The notes beneath the pieces are model-generated. The model made no database searches and was not told the origin of the DNA. It saw only the letters and a list, made by a program, of their open reading frames with translations. A stretch of 64,000 bases of DNA from the human T2T-CHM13v2.0 reference genome, Homo sapiens: NCBI RefSeq assembly GCF_009914755.1, contig NC_060925.1. One strand, written 5' to 3'. The position numbers and the translations under genes are program-made. Below are positions 34,073 to 47,073 of this stretch, piece after piece (positions within the stretch are counted from its first letter, which is position 1; each line of letters opens with the position of its first letter).

Positions 34073-36421
34073 TAGCCAGGATGGTCTCGATCTTCTGACC
34101 TCGTGATCCGCCCACCTTGGCCTCCCAAAGTGCTGGGATTACAAGCGTGAGCCACTGTGCCCGGCCAACCTGGACTATTTTTAAGCAGGTTTTTATTTCC
34201 CTCAAAAAAATGAATTAATAATGAAAATAACTCAGGAGGAGTAATAGTTGGCAATTTAACATTTTAGGTTTTCTCTATGACCTGTAATACCAGCTAACAG
34301 CATAACCTTAAAAAGGGTACTCTAAGTACTATTGCTTTTTAAGACGTCCACGATTGGATGAATCTCTTATCCCTAATTAGACTCTGGGTCAACTTGTACA
34401 TAATGTTCTTACCAATAATACAGGAAAGCTCTCTTGCTCAAGGAAACATAGCCAGTAATCTCAAATAAGTAAATATGTGCTATGCTGTGAAGAATATGCA
34501 AAGGCGAAGAGGATGATTCTCTTATAATCTCCCTTGGTTATCATATTTAACACACTTTGGAAATGTATTTTTTGGTTAATTATGTAGTTAGGCCATCACA
34601 CAGAGTAGCAAGTAAATTGAGACAGTTCTTTGTTTCAAAACTTAGCAGATTTTGGCATCCAAAAAGTATAGATGAGGTATGCTAAGGTTCTGAATATTTG
34701 GGCTTACCTCATATAAAATAAACTTTATTCATTTATTCAACAAATATTTACTGACCACTTCAAAGGGTCAAGGACAGTTTTAGGGACTGGAAATTTGGCC
34801 ATGCAAGGCCACTGCCTTAAAAGAGCTCACATTCTAGTGGATAAAGCTAAGAAATAAACCTTTTATTTTATATATATATGTATTTTTTTTAAGACAGGGT
34901 CTCGCTCTGTCACTCAGGCTGGGGTGCAGTGATGCAATCATAGCTCACTGCTACCTCAAAACCTCAAACTCCTAGGCTCAAACCATCTTCCCACCTCAGC
35001 CTCCAGAGTAGCTGGGACTACAGGTAAGTGCCACCACACTTGGCTAATTATTTTTATTTTTGTAGAGATAGGGGTCTCACTATGTTGCCCAGACTAGTCT
35101 TGAACTCCTGGCCTTAAGCAATCCTCCCGCTTCAGCCTCCCAAAGTGCTGAGATTACAGGTATGAGTCATTGTGTCCACTGGAAACCATTTTTTTAAATT
35201 CACAAGGCACCTACTGAGTGTGTTGCATGCTATGATTGAACTCTACAAAATGATATGATGGAAGGAAGTGGGAGTGCTATTTTAGATAAGGTAACAGGGA
35301 AAGCCTTTAAGGAAGGTATTTGGGATGCTGGAGGAACAGAAACAAGACCTGGATGGCTGGAACCCAGTGAATGAAAGGAAGGGTGGCACAAAATAAGGAT
35401 GGAGAGGCAGGCGGGAGCCTGATCATGCAGCTTCATACAAACATTTGCTTGGCATCTCCCCCTTTCCTGTCTTTCTCTGTTTACTAGGTTTCTATTCATT
35501 TCATCCCAAAGGCCACAGTCTTTGCTTTTCAGTAAAAGATATCTTAGGAACATAACCTATAGTTCTAATATTCTTGTCTACTTATCTCTAAAATTTAGTC
35601 ATGCATTCTTCATAGTGCTTAAAATGCCCTAATAGAAAGAATTTCTCTGCAGATCCAGGATAATTGGCAAAGGAGTCAATGAAAGTGATTGTTGAAGACA
35701 ACAGATAACTTGGGTCTAGCGGTGGTAGAGGTCCTTGGCAGAATTTTCTTTGCTATTTGAAATGTAAATTTATTCTCGCTGTAAAAGCAAACTCAATATT
35801 CAACACAAAAATATAATTATTTTATCGGTACAAATTTACCATCTCTTTAATGCCCCCTACTGTGGTATCCTGTTAACCACAGTAATATATTAAAACCGGG
35901 ATGGAGTCAGCTAAGCTGTAGCTTTCCAGAAGAATGCTTTTTGAAGCTTACCTCCTTCTTCTAAAAACAACATCCTTACTTAACTCTCTGGGCTATAAAA
36001 TGTTTATGTGAAAAACCTTCCAAAAGAGTTTTAATCAAAAGTCAGAAGCTTATTAAACCTTTTTCTTTCTTTAGTATTAGGATACAGTGCATTAAAATGC
36101 ATAAGAACAGGTAACAGATGAAGCTTTGTTCTTCAACCCCCTTGATACCTGCAGATTTGATACTTAAAATTACCTTAAGTTCGAGGTAGGAAAGACTTTT
36201 CTTCTTGTTTCAAAGCCCTTCCATATCAGCCTCTTACCAAAGCACTTGGAGATAATGTGATGAGAAATGCAAACTAGGAAAGGGAGAATAATCAGTATTT
36301 CAAAAGTAATTTCTCTTTTCAAGGATCCTAAAATGTTTAATAGAATATTATTTTAAAAGGCTGGGCATGGAGGTTCACGCCTGTAATCCCAGCACTTTGG
36401 GAAGCCAAGGCGGCTGCATCA

Positions 36422-36721
<300 letters not shown>

Positions 36722-36816
36722 CATGTTATCAGGGCCTCACAGACAGGTTGCAGTGAGCCGAGATCGTGCCACTGCATTCCAACCTGGGCAAGAGAGCAAG
36801 ACTCCATCTCAAAAAA

Positions 36817-36859
<43 letters not shown>

Positions 36860-37578
36860 ATTTTGAAACATGTTATCAGGGCCTCACAAACACTTGATAT
36901 TGAGCAAGAAAGTTGCTTTCCAAAAAATTGGTGGAAAACTTTAGAAAATCCTCTTCTGACCTCACTTAGGATGTGTTATTCTATCTACCCAAAATCTACC
37001 AAAAATTTGAAATAAAATTACATATCTAACAGTGATTATAGAAATGTGATATACTTCAGAGGAATTTGTACCAATATGGAATACAGCCCAATGTCTTTGT
37101 TGCCATATAATATCCAGAAATTGTTTTTAATAATTAACAATGATGTAATTTGTAATACTCCCTAATTAGTTTTGCATAGCTTCTTATAAAATAAATTAAA
37201 ATTTATTATTGCTAAAAGCTTATAAGTTGCTAAATCTCATGTCAATTCCCTGCCCTCACCTTGTTTACACAACCACAGCATTTAATGCAGATGGTCACAG
37301 GAGTGACTTGTCTCGTGGCTTCCTGGACACCACAATCTCCCAGTTTTCTTCACCCTTTCTCCTCTGTTGGCCCCTCCTCATTTTTTCAATCCCTTAATGC
37401 CAGAGTGCCCCCGGAGCCAGCATGTGGTCCTCTTCTCTCCTCCATTTACACTCACTCCCTTGAAGATCTTGTCCAATCTTTAAGTACCAAGTGTATGCCA
37501 ATGACTCCAAAACAGAGCCAGCTTCCTTGTGAGCTGTGCACTCGCAAGCCCCACCCTCAGAAAAGCCCTGTGCTTTAA

Positions 37579-37898
<320 letters not shown>

Positions 37899-38657
37899 TA
37901 ACAAGGAGTCTTCATTTTCATTTTGCATTAGGTCCTGAGTATGACTTATCCTTCTCCCAGATGTATGTATCCAAACTAACCCTCTCTCCAGACTTTTATA
38001 ATGAACTGCCTACTCCACATCTCAACTTGAATGTCTAATAGATATCTCAAACTCAACAAGATCAAAATCAAACTCACATTTCCTTCCCTAGACCTGTTCT
38101 ACCACTAGCCTTCCCATCTCAGTTAGAAATACCTTCATGTTTCCACTTGCTCAGACTACACACTTTGCAGTCTCTTTTGATTCTGTGGCTTCTCTTTTTT
38201 TTTTTTTTTTTTTTGAGACAGAGTTTCACTCTGTCGCCCAGGCTAGTGTGCAGTGGCGCGATCTGCACCCACTGCAAACTCCACCTCCTGGGTTCACACC
38301 ATTCTCCTGCCTCAGCCTCCTGAGTAGCTGGGACTACAGGCACCCACCACCGCGCCCGACTAATTTTTTGTATTTTTACTAGAGACAGGGTTTCACTGTG
38401 TTAGCCAGGATGGTCTCGATCTCCCGACCTCGTGATCCACCCGCCTCGGCCTCCCAAAGTGCTGGGATTACAGGCGTGAGCCACCACACCTTGCCAATTC
38501 TGTGGCTTCTCTTACACTCCACCACCAATCTGTCAGCCAACCACATTGGCTCTACCTTTAAAACCTATGAAGTAGTCAACTGTTTCTCCCCATTGCCACT
38601 ACAGCCATCCTGGTCTGAGTCACCATCACCTTTTTTCCTGGATCACTGCAGTAGTTT

Positions 38658-39345
38658 TGAGAGGTGAAGCTGGCTGGGCTTCTGGGTCGGGTGGGGACTT
38701 GGGGAACTTTTCTGTCTAGCTAAAGGATTGTGAATGCACCAGTCAGTGCTCTGTGTCTAGCTAAAGGTTTGTAAGTGCACCAATCAGCACTCTGTAAAAA
38801 TGGACCAATTGGCTCTCTGTAAAATGGACCAATCAGCTCTCTGTAAAATGGACCAATCAGCAGGATGTGGGTGGGGCCAAATAAGGGAATAAAAGCTGGC
38901 CACCTGAGCCAGCAGCAGCAACCCACTTGGGTCCCCTTCCATGCTGTGGAAGTTTTGTTCTTTCACTCTTCACAATAAATCTTGCTGCTGCTCACTCTTT
39001 GGGTCTGCACTACCTTTATGAGCTGTAACACTCACTTCAAAGGTCTACAGCTTCACTCCTGAAGTCAGCAAGACCACAAATCCACTGGGAGGAACAAACA
39101 ACTCTGGATGCACCACCTTTAAGAGCTGTAACACTCACTGCGAAGGTCTGTGGCTTCAATCCTGAAGTCAGCAAGACCATGAACCCACCAGAAGGAAGAA
39201 ACTCCAGACACATCTGAACATCTGAAGGAACAAACTCCAGACACACCATCTTTAAGAACTGTAACACTCACCACGAGGGTATGTGGCTTCATTCTTGAAG
39301 TCAGCGAGACCAAGAACTCACAGAAAGGAACCAATTCCGGACACA
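38658..39345 (+). promoter_or_regulatory. 5' LTR (short LTR12 family, 688 bp)
   Basis: CCAAT-containing U3 tandem repeats, GT/GC box, GGAATAAAAG TATA-like element, AATAAA and U5 repeats (CTGTAACACTCAC). Confidence 0.95.
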
Positions 39346-39348
39346 TTT

Positions 39349-39366
39349 TGGCAACCCAGATGGGAC
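39349..39366 (+). promoter_or_regulatory. Primer-binding site, tRNA-Arg type
   Basis: TGGCAACCCAGATGGGAC lies 3 nt after the LTR end and has one mismatch to the recalled Arg(CCG) PBS TGGCGACCCAGATGGGAC. Confidence 0.85.
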
Positions 39367-39704
39367 TATCACCTATCGCCAAGCGATGAGTACCATCGGA
39401 CCCCTTTCACTTGCTATTCAGTCCTATTTTTCCTTCAAACTCAGGTGCTAAATACCAGGCAGCTGTCAGCCAGTTAAAAGCAACTAGCACGGCCACTGGA
39501 CTAAAGACATGGGTGTCAGGCTTTCTGGGAAATGTATCTCTAACAACCCCCAACTCTTCAGAGTTGGGAGTGTTGGTTTCCCTGGAACCAGCTTCCACTT
39601 TTCCTGTACTTCTGGGCTGAGCCAAGGGTTGACAGAGGAAAGCCATTCAGTTCCGGAGTCCTGAAAACAAGTTGGTTGATCCTGCAGCCATGAGCAGAAC
39701 TCTC

Positions 39705-40673
39705 TGAAGGGGTTTCCTGCCCCTCCACACCTGTGGGCATTTCTCGTCAAGTGGGATGAGAGACTGAGAAAAGAAAGAAGACACAGAGACAAAGTATAGA
39801 GAAAGAAAAGTGGGCCTAGGGGACTGGCGCTCAGCATATGGAGGACCCACACTGGCACTGGTCTCTGAGTTCCCTCAGTATTTATTGATCATTATCTCTA
39901 CCATCTCAGAGGGGGGTATGTAGCAGGACAATAGGGTAATAGTGGGGAGAGGGTCAGCAGGAAAACATGTGAACAAAGGTCTCTGTGTCATAAATAAGTT
40001 TAAGGAAAGGTACTGTGCCTTGATGTGCACGTATACGAACATCTTGGTGCATTAAAGAGCAGTATTGCCACTAGCATGTCTCACCTCCAGCCCTAAGGCG
40101 ATTTTCTCCTATCTCAGTAAACAGAACATACAATCGGGTTTTACACCGAGACATTCCATTGCCCAGGGACGATCAGGAGACAGATGCCTTCCTCTTATCT
40201 CAACTGCAAAGAAGCCTTCCTCTTTCACTAATCCTCCTCAGCACAGACCTTTTATGGGTGTCGGGATGGGGGACGGTCAGGTCTTTCCCTTCCCATGAGG
40301 CCATATCTCAGGCTATCACATGGGGAGAAACATTGGACAATACCTGGCTTTCCTAAGCAGAGGTCCCTGCAGCCTTCCACAGTGTATTGTGTCCCTAGGT
40401 ACCTGAGATTAGAGAATGGTGATGACTTTTAACAAGCATACTGCGTTCAAGCACTTTTTTAACAAAGCACATCCTGCATAGCCCTAAATCCATTAAACCT
40501 TGAGTCAACACAGCACATGTCTCTGCAAGCACAGGGTTGGGGCTAGCCTTACAGATTAACAGCATCTCAAGGCAGAAGAATTTCTCTTAGTACAGAACAA
40601 AATGGAGTCTCTTATGTCTACTTCTTTCTATGCAGACACAGTAACAGTCTGATCTCTCTTTCTTTTCCCCACA
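39705..40673 (-). mobile_element. HERV-K(HML-2) solo LTR (LTR5B/5A-like, 969 bp) inserted antisense in the HERV9 leader
   Basis: The reverse complement starts TGTGGGGAAAAGAAAGAGAGATCAGACTGTTACTGTGTC and ends CCACAGGTGTGGAGGGGCAGGAAACCCCTTCA. TSD CTCTC at 39700-39704 and 40674-40678. Confidence 0.93.
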
Positions 40674-41493
40674 CTCTCTAAGTCATGTTGCCCAAGTGAG
40701 ACTTGCCCATCTAACCTATCTATACTGACCCTTGCCTCTTGGGTCCTAATGCCTGTCAGACAAACTTCCTCCCCCCTCTCTTCTCTGAGGCTAGTCCCGC
40801 TTCTAAAAACCACTCCTTGTCTCTTGTGCTTTTCTAGTTTCTCCTGTAAGAATGATTTCTAGTATAAACTTCAGAACTCTGTTACCTTATTTAGGCACCC
40901 AGGCTCACCAATCAGAAAGACATAATTTTTGCCCAAAGCCCCATCGTAGGGGGACTATCTGGAATTTTGGGATCCCTCCTCAGACAAGCAGGCCTAACAA
41001 AAGCTATTCCTGAAGCTAGGATATGGGGAGCCTCAGAAATTGTATCCTTCCTATTCATATAAGTGAGGACAAAAGGCATCACTCTTCCAACTCTGGAAAT
41101 CCCTTACCTCCCTCAGGGTATGTCCCTCCACTTCATTTTTGGGGCATAACATCTTTATAGGACATGGGTAAAGTCCCAATACTAACAGGAGAACACTTAG
41201 GACTCTAATGGGTTTTCGAGAATGCATCGGTAAGGGCCACTAAATCCAATTTTTCTCGATCCTCTTTGTGGTCTAGGAGGACAGGCAAGGGTGCAGGTTT
41301 TCGAGAATGTGTCAGTAAGGGCCACTAAATCCGACATTCCTCGTCCTCCTTGGGTCTAGGAGGAAAACTAGTGTTTCTGCTGCTGCATCGGTGAGTGCAA
41401 CTATTCCAATCAGCATGGTCCAGGGACCGTTGCAGGTTCTTGGGCAGGGGGAAAAATAAACAAACCAAAACCGTGGGCAGTTTTGTCTTTCAG

Positions 41494-42960
41494 TTGGGAA
41501 ACACTCAGGCATCAACAGGCTCACCATTGAAATGCACCCTAAGCCATTGGGACCAATTTGACCCACAAACCCTGAAAAAGAGGTGGCTCATTTTTTTCTG
41601 CACTATGGCCTGGCCCCAATATTCTCTCTCTGATGGGGAAAAATGGCCACCTGCACCTGAGGGAAGTGTAAATAACAATACTATCCTGCAACTTGACCTT
41701 TTCTGTAAGAGGGAAGGCAAAAGGAGTGAAATACCTTATGTCCAAGCTTTCTTTTCATTGAAGGAGAATACACAACTATGCAAAACTTGCAATTTACATC
41801 CCACAGGAGGATCTCTCAGCTTACCCCCATATCCTAGCCTCCCTATAGCTCCCCTTCCTATTAATGATAAGCCTCCTCTAATCTCCCCCACCCAGAAGGA
41901 AATAAGCAAAGAAATCTCCAAAGGACCACAAAAACCCCTGGGCTGTCAGTTATGTCCCCTTCAAGCTGTAGGGGGAGGGGAATTTGGCCCAATCCAGGTA
42001 CATGTCCCCTTCTCCCTCTGTGATTTAAAGCAGATCAAGGCAGACCTGGGGAAGTTTTCAGATGATCCTGATAGATACATAGATGTCCTACAGAGTCTAG
42101 GGCAAACTTTCTATCTCACTTGGAGAGATGTCATGCTATTGTTAGATCAAACCCTGGCCTTTAATGAAAAGAATGTGGCTTTAGCTGCAGCCTGAGAGTT
42201 TGGAGATACCTGGTATCTTAGTCAAGTAAATGATAGCATGACAGCCAAAGAAAGGGACAAATTCCCTACCAGTCAGCAAGCCATCCCCAGTATGGATCCC
42301 CACTGGGACCTTGACTCAGATCATGGGGACTGGAGTCTCAAACATCTGTTGACCTGTGTTCTAGAAGAACTAAGAAAAATTAGGACAAAGCCCATGAATT
42401 ATTCAATGATGTCTACCATAACTCAGGGAAAGGAAGAAAATCCTTCTGCCTTCCTCGAGTGGCTATGGGAGGCTGTAAGAAAATATAATCCCCTGTCACC
42501 TGACTCACTAGAGGGTCAATTGATCCTAAAAGATAAGTTTATTACCCAATCAGCCACAGATATCAGGAGAAAGCTCCAAAAGTGAGCCCTGGGCCCTGAA
42601 TAAAATCTGGAGACATTATTAAACCTGGAAACCTCAGTGTTCTATAATAGGGACCAAGAGGAACAGGCCCAAAAGGAAAAGCGAGATCAGAGAAAGGCCA
42701 CAGCCTTAGTCATGGCCCTCAGACAAATGAACCTTGGTGGTTCAGAGAAGACAGAAAATGGAGCAGGCCACTCATCCAGTAGGGCTTGTTATCAGGGTGG
42801 TTTACAAGGACACTTTAAAAAAGAATGTCCAATGAGAAACAAGCCGCCCCCTCATCCATGTCCACTATGCCAAGGCAATCGCTGGAAGGCACACTGTCCC
42901 AGAGGGCAAAGGTTCTCTGGGCCAGAAGCCCCCAACCAGATGATCTAACAATAGGACTGA
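41494..42960 (+). pseudogene. gag: HERV9 gag, disrupted (start codon reads TTG; stops at 42193, 42583, 42601, 42946)
   Basis: (M)[35 protein letters not shown] major homology region, and degenerate zinc knuckles CYQGGLQGHFKKEC and CPLCQGNRWKAHC. Confidence 0.9.
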
Positions 42961-45150
42961 GGGTGCCCAGGGCAAATGCCAGCTCACGTCATCACCCTCA
43001 CTGAGCCCCGGGTATGTATAACCATTGAGTGCCAGGAAATTGACTTCCTCCTGGACACTGGCTTGACTTTCTCAGTGTTAATCTCCTGTCCTGGACAGCT
43101 GTCCTCAAGGTCCGTTTCCATCCGAAGAATCCTGGGACAGCCTGTAACCAGGTATTTCTCCCACCTCCTCAGTTGTAATTGGGAGACTTTGCTCTTTTCA
43201 CATGCATTTCTTGTCATGCCTGAAAGTCCCACACCCTTATTAGGGAGGGATATATGAGCCAAAGCTGGAGCTATTATCTACATGAATATGGGGAACAAGT
43301 TACCCATTTGCTGTCCCCTACTTGAGGAGGGAATCAACCCTGAACTCTGGGCATTGGAAGGACAATTTGGAAGGGCAAAAAATGCCCATCCAGTCCAAAT
43401 CAGGCTAAAAGATCCCACCAGTTTTCCTTATCAAAGGCAATATCCCTTAAGGCCTGAAGCTCATAAAGGATTACAGGATATTGTTAAACATTTAAAAACT
43501 CAAGGCTTAGTAAGGAAATGCAGCAGTCCCTGCAATACCCCAATTCTAGAAGTACAAAAACCGAATGGTCAGTGGAGACTAGTGCAAGATCTTAGACTCA
43601 TCAATGAGGCAGTAATTCCTCTATATCCAGTTGTACCCAACCCCTATACCCTGCTCTTTCAAATACGAGAGGAAGCAAACGGGTCACTGTTCTGGACCTC
43701 AAGGATGCCTTCTCCTATATACCCCTGCACTCTGACTCCCAGTTTCTCTTTGCCTTTGAGGATTGCACAGACCACACATCCCAACTTACATGCACCGTCT
43801 TGCCCCAAGGGTTTAGGGATAGCCCTCATCTGTTTGTTCAGGTACTGGCCCAAGATCTAGGCCACTTCTCAAGTCCAGGCACTCTGGTCCTTCAGTATGT
43901 GGATGATTTACTTTTGGCTACTAGTTCGGAAGCCTCATGCCAGCAGGCTACTCTAGATCTCTTGAACTTTCTAGCTAATCAAGGGTACAAGGCATCTAGG
44001 TCGAAGGCCCAGCTTTGCCTACAGCAGGTCAAACATCTAGGCCTAATTTTAGCCAGAGGAACCAGGGCCCTCAGCAAGGAACGAATGCAGCCTATACTGG
44101 CTTATCCTCACCCTAAGACATTAAAACAGATGTGGGGGTTCCTTGGAATCACCGGCTTTTGCCAAATATGGATCCCTGGATACAGTGAGATAGCCACGCC
44201 CCTGTATACTCTAATCAAGGAGGCCCAGAGGGCAAATACTTATCTAGTAGAATGAGAATGAGGGGCAGAAACAGCCTTCAAAACCTTAAAGCAGGCCCTA
44301 GTACAAGCTCCAGCTTTAAGCATTTCCACAGGAAAATACTTCTCTTTATACGTCACAGAGACGGCAGGGATAGCTCTTGGAGTCCTTACTCAGACTCATG
44401 GGACAACCCCACAACCAGTGGCATATGTAAGTAAGGAAATTGATGTAGTAGCAAAAGGCTGGCCTCACTGTTTATGGGTAGTTGCAGCGGTGGCCGTCTT
44501 AGTGTCAGAAGCTATCAAAATAATACAAGGAAAGGATCTCACTGTCTGGACCACTCATGATATAAATGGCATACTAGGTGCCAAAGGAAGTTGATGGCTA
44601 TCAGACAACTGCCTGGTTAGATACCAGGTGCTACTCCTTGAGGGACCAGTGCTTCAAGTGCATACGTGTGTGGCCCTCGACCCTGCCACTTTTCTCCCAG
44701 AGGATGGGGAGCCAATCGAGCATGACTGCCAACAAATTATAGTCCAGACTTGTGCCTCCTGAGATGATCTCTTGGAAGTCCCCTTGGCTAATCCTGACCT
44801 TAACCTATATACCGTGGAAGTTCATTTGTGGAGAATGAGATACGAAGGACAGGTTATGCCATAGTTAGTGATGTAACCATACTTGAAAGTAAGCCTCTTC
44901 CCCCAGGGACTAGTGCCCAGTTAGCAGAACTAGTGGCACTTACCCGAGCCTTAGAACTGGGAAAAGGAAAAGGAATAAATGTGTATACAGGTAGCAAGTA
45001 TGCTTATCTAATGCTACATTCCCATGCTGCAATATGGAAAGAAAGGGAGTTCCTAACCTCTGGGGGAACCCCCATTAAATACCACAAGGAAATTATGGAG
45101 TTATTGCACGCAGTGCAAAAACCCAAGGAGCTGGTAGTCTTACACTGCTG
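42961..45150 (+). pseudogene. pol: HERV9 pro-pol (protease, RT, RNase H), with stops and frameshifts and no integrase
   Basis: FLLDTG protease motif, WRLVQDLR, LPQGFRDSP and YVDD (43896-43907), and RNase H SAQLAELVALTRAL. Confidence 0.92.
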
Positions 45151-45859
45151 AAGCCATCACAAAGGGGAAGGAGAGGGGAGAACAGCAGCATAAGTGGCTA
45201 GCAGAGGCAGGGAAAGACCAGCAGAAAGGAAAGAGAGAAGGAGACAGAAAGTCAGAAAGAGAGAGAGGAAGAGACAAAGACAAAGAGGGAGTCAGAAAGA
45301 GAGAGACAAAGAAGTCAAAGAGAAAGAGAGACAGAAGTAGTAAAGAAAAAACAGTATACCCTATTGCTTTAAAAGCCAGGGTAAATTTAAAACCTGTAAT
45401 TGATAATTGAAGGTCTTCTCCATGACCCTATAACACTCCAATACCACCTTGTTGTCAGTGCAAACAAGGGCATAGCCTGAAAGCACTGAGGCCACTGACA
45501 ACCCATAGCCTTTCTATCAAAAATCCTTAACCAAGCAGGTTTCCTAACAGGGGATCTAAATCTTAATTAATTGCCATACAAACGTGTGAGTTGTTTGCAC
45601 TCAGCCAAATCTTAAAGTACTTACAGAATCAGGAAGGAGCCATCTATACCAATTCTAAGTTAATACGGACTGAAGGAGGTTTTATTAATAGCAAAGAAAA
45701 ATTAAAATCCCAGACTTACGAGGTTTTCAACAAAAGTTTGCTAAAAGTTAACAGTGTAACATATATTATCCTAGTATCACACACTCTCAGAGGATTTCTC
45801 ACACAGTTTGCAAGAAATAACAAAATCTATCCAGTAAGGATAGTAACTACAATCCCAAA

Positions 45860-46355
45860 TAGACTCTTTGGCAGCAGCGACTCTCCAAAACCACTAAGGC
45901 CTAGACCTCCTCAATGCTGAGAAAGAAGGACTCTGCTCCTTAGGGGAAGAGTGTTGTTTTTACGCTAACCAGTCAGGGATAGTATGAGATGCCGCCCGGC
46001 GTTTACAGGAAAAGGCTTCTGAAATCAAACAACGCCTTTCAAACTCTTATACCAACCTCTGGAGTTGTGCAACATGGCTTCTCCCCTTTCTAGGTCCCAT
46101 GACAGCCATCCTGCTATTACTCACCTTCGGGCCATATATTTTAACCTCCTTATCAAATTTGTTTCCTCTAGAATTGAGGCCATCAAGCCACAGATGGTCT
46201 TACAAATGGAACCCCAAACGAGCTCAACTAACAACTTCTACCAAGGACCCCTGGACCGACCCACTGGCCCTTTCACTGGCCTAAAGAGTTCCCCTCTGGA
46301 GGACACTACAACTGCAGGGCTCCTTCTTCACCCCTGTTCAGCAGGAAGTAGCTAG
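45860..46355 (+). pseudogene. env: HERV9 env remnant (TM part only)
   Basis: CTCCAAAACCACTAAGGCCTAGACCTCCTCAATGCTGAGAAA reads LQNH*GLDLLNAEK (immunosuppressive domain). It is followed by ILLLLTFGP and FNLLIKFVSSRIEAIK..QMEPQ, the TM and cytoplasmic tail. Confidence 0.85.
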
Positions 46356-46409
46356 GGCGGTCATTGGCCAATTCCCAACAGCAGTTGGGGTGTCCTATTT
46401 AGAGGGGAT

Positions 46410-47073
46410 TGAGAGGTGAAGCTGGCTGGGCTTCTGGGTCGGGTGGGGACTTGGGGAACTTTTCTGTCTAGCTAAAGTATTGTAAACACACCAATCAGTG
46501 CTCTGTGTCTAGCTAAAGGGTTGTAAGCGCACCAATCAGCACTCTGTAAAAACGGACCAATTGGCTCTCTGTAAAATGGACCAATCAGCAGGATGTGGGT
46601 GGGGCCAAATAAGGGAATAAAAGCTGGCCACCTGAGCCAGCAGCAGCAACCTGCTCGGGTGCCTTTCCACACCGTGGAAGCTTTGTTCTTTCACTCTTCA
46701 CAATAAATCTTGCTGCTGCTCACTGTTTGGGTCTGCACTACCTTTATGAGCTGTAACACGCACTTCAAAGGTCTACAGCTTCACTCCTGAAGTCAGCGAG
46801 ACCACAAACCCACAGGAAGGAACAAACGACTATGGACGTGCCACCTTTAAGAGCTGTAACACTCACTGTGAAGGTCTGTGGCTTCACTCCTGAAGTCAGC
46901 AAGACCACGAACCCACCAGAAGGAAGAAACTCTGGACACATCTGAACATCTGAAGGAACAAACTCCAGACACACGATCTTTAAGAACTGTAACACTCACC
47001 ACGAGGGTCCATGGCTTCATTCTTGAAGTCAGCGAGACCAAGAACCCACAGGAAGGAACCAATTCCGGACACA
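46410..47073 (+). promoter_or_regulatory. 3' LTR (LTR12 family, 664 bp), preceded by the polypurine tract AGAGGGGA (46401-46408)
   Basis: Direct repeat of 38658-39345 lacking one 24-bp unit. Confidence 0.95.

Larger units (their letters stand above)
38658..47073 (+). mobile_element. HERV9 (ERV9/LTR12) provirus, defective, with two LTRs
   Basis: Paired LTRs TGAGAGGTGAAG...CCGGACACA, 4-bp TSD GTTT (38654-38657 and 47074-47077), PBS, PPT, and gag/pro/pol/env remnants. Confidence 0.97.

Noticed and set aside
38720-39340. Regularly spaced direct repeats resembling a CRISPR-like array (also 46470-47070 and the ~85-bp repeat at 41210-41365)
   Set aside because: They are the intrinsic U3/U5 and leader tandem repeats of LTR12/HERV9. 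There are no unique spacers and the context is eukaryotic.
41395-46355. Functional retroviral gag/pol/env, or a syncytin-like gene
   Set aside because: Multiple stops and frameshifts, broken zinc knuckles, no integrase, and only a disrupted TM remnant of env.
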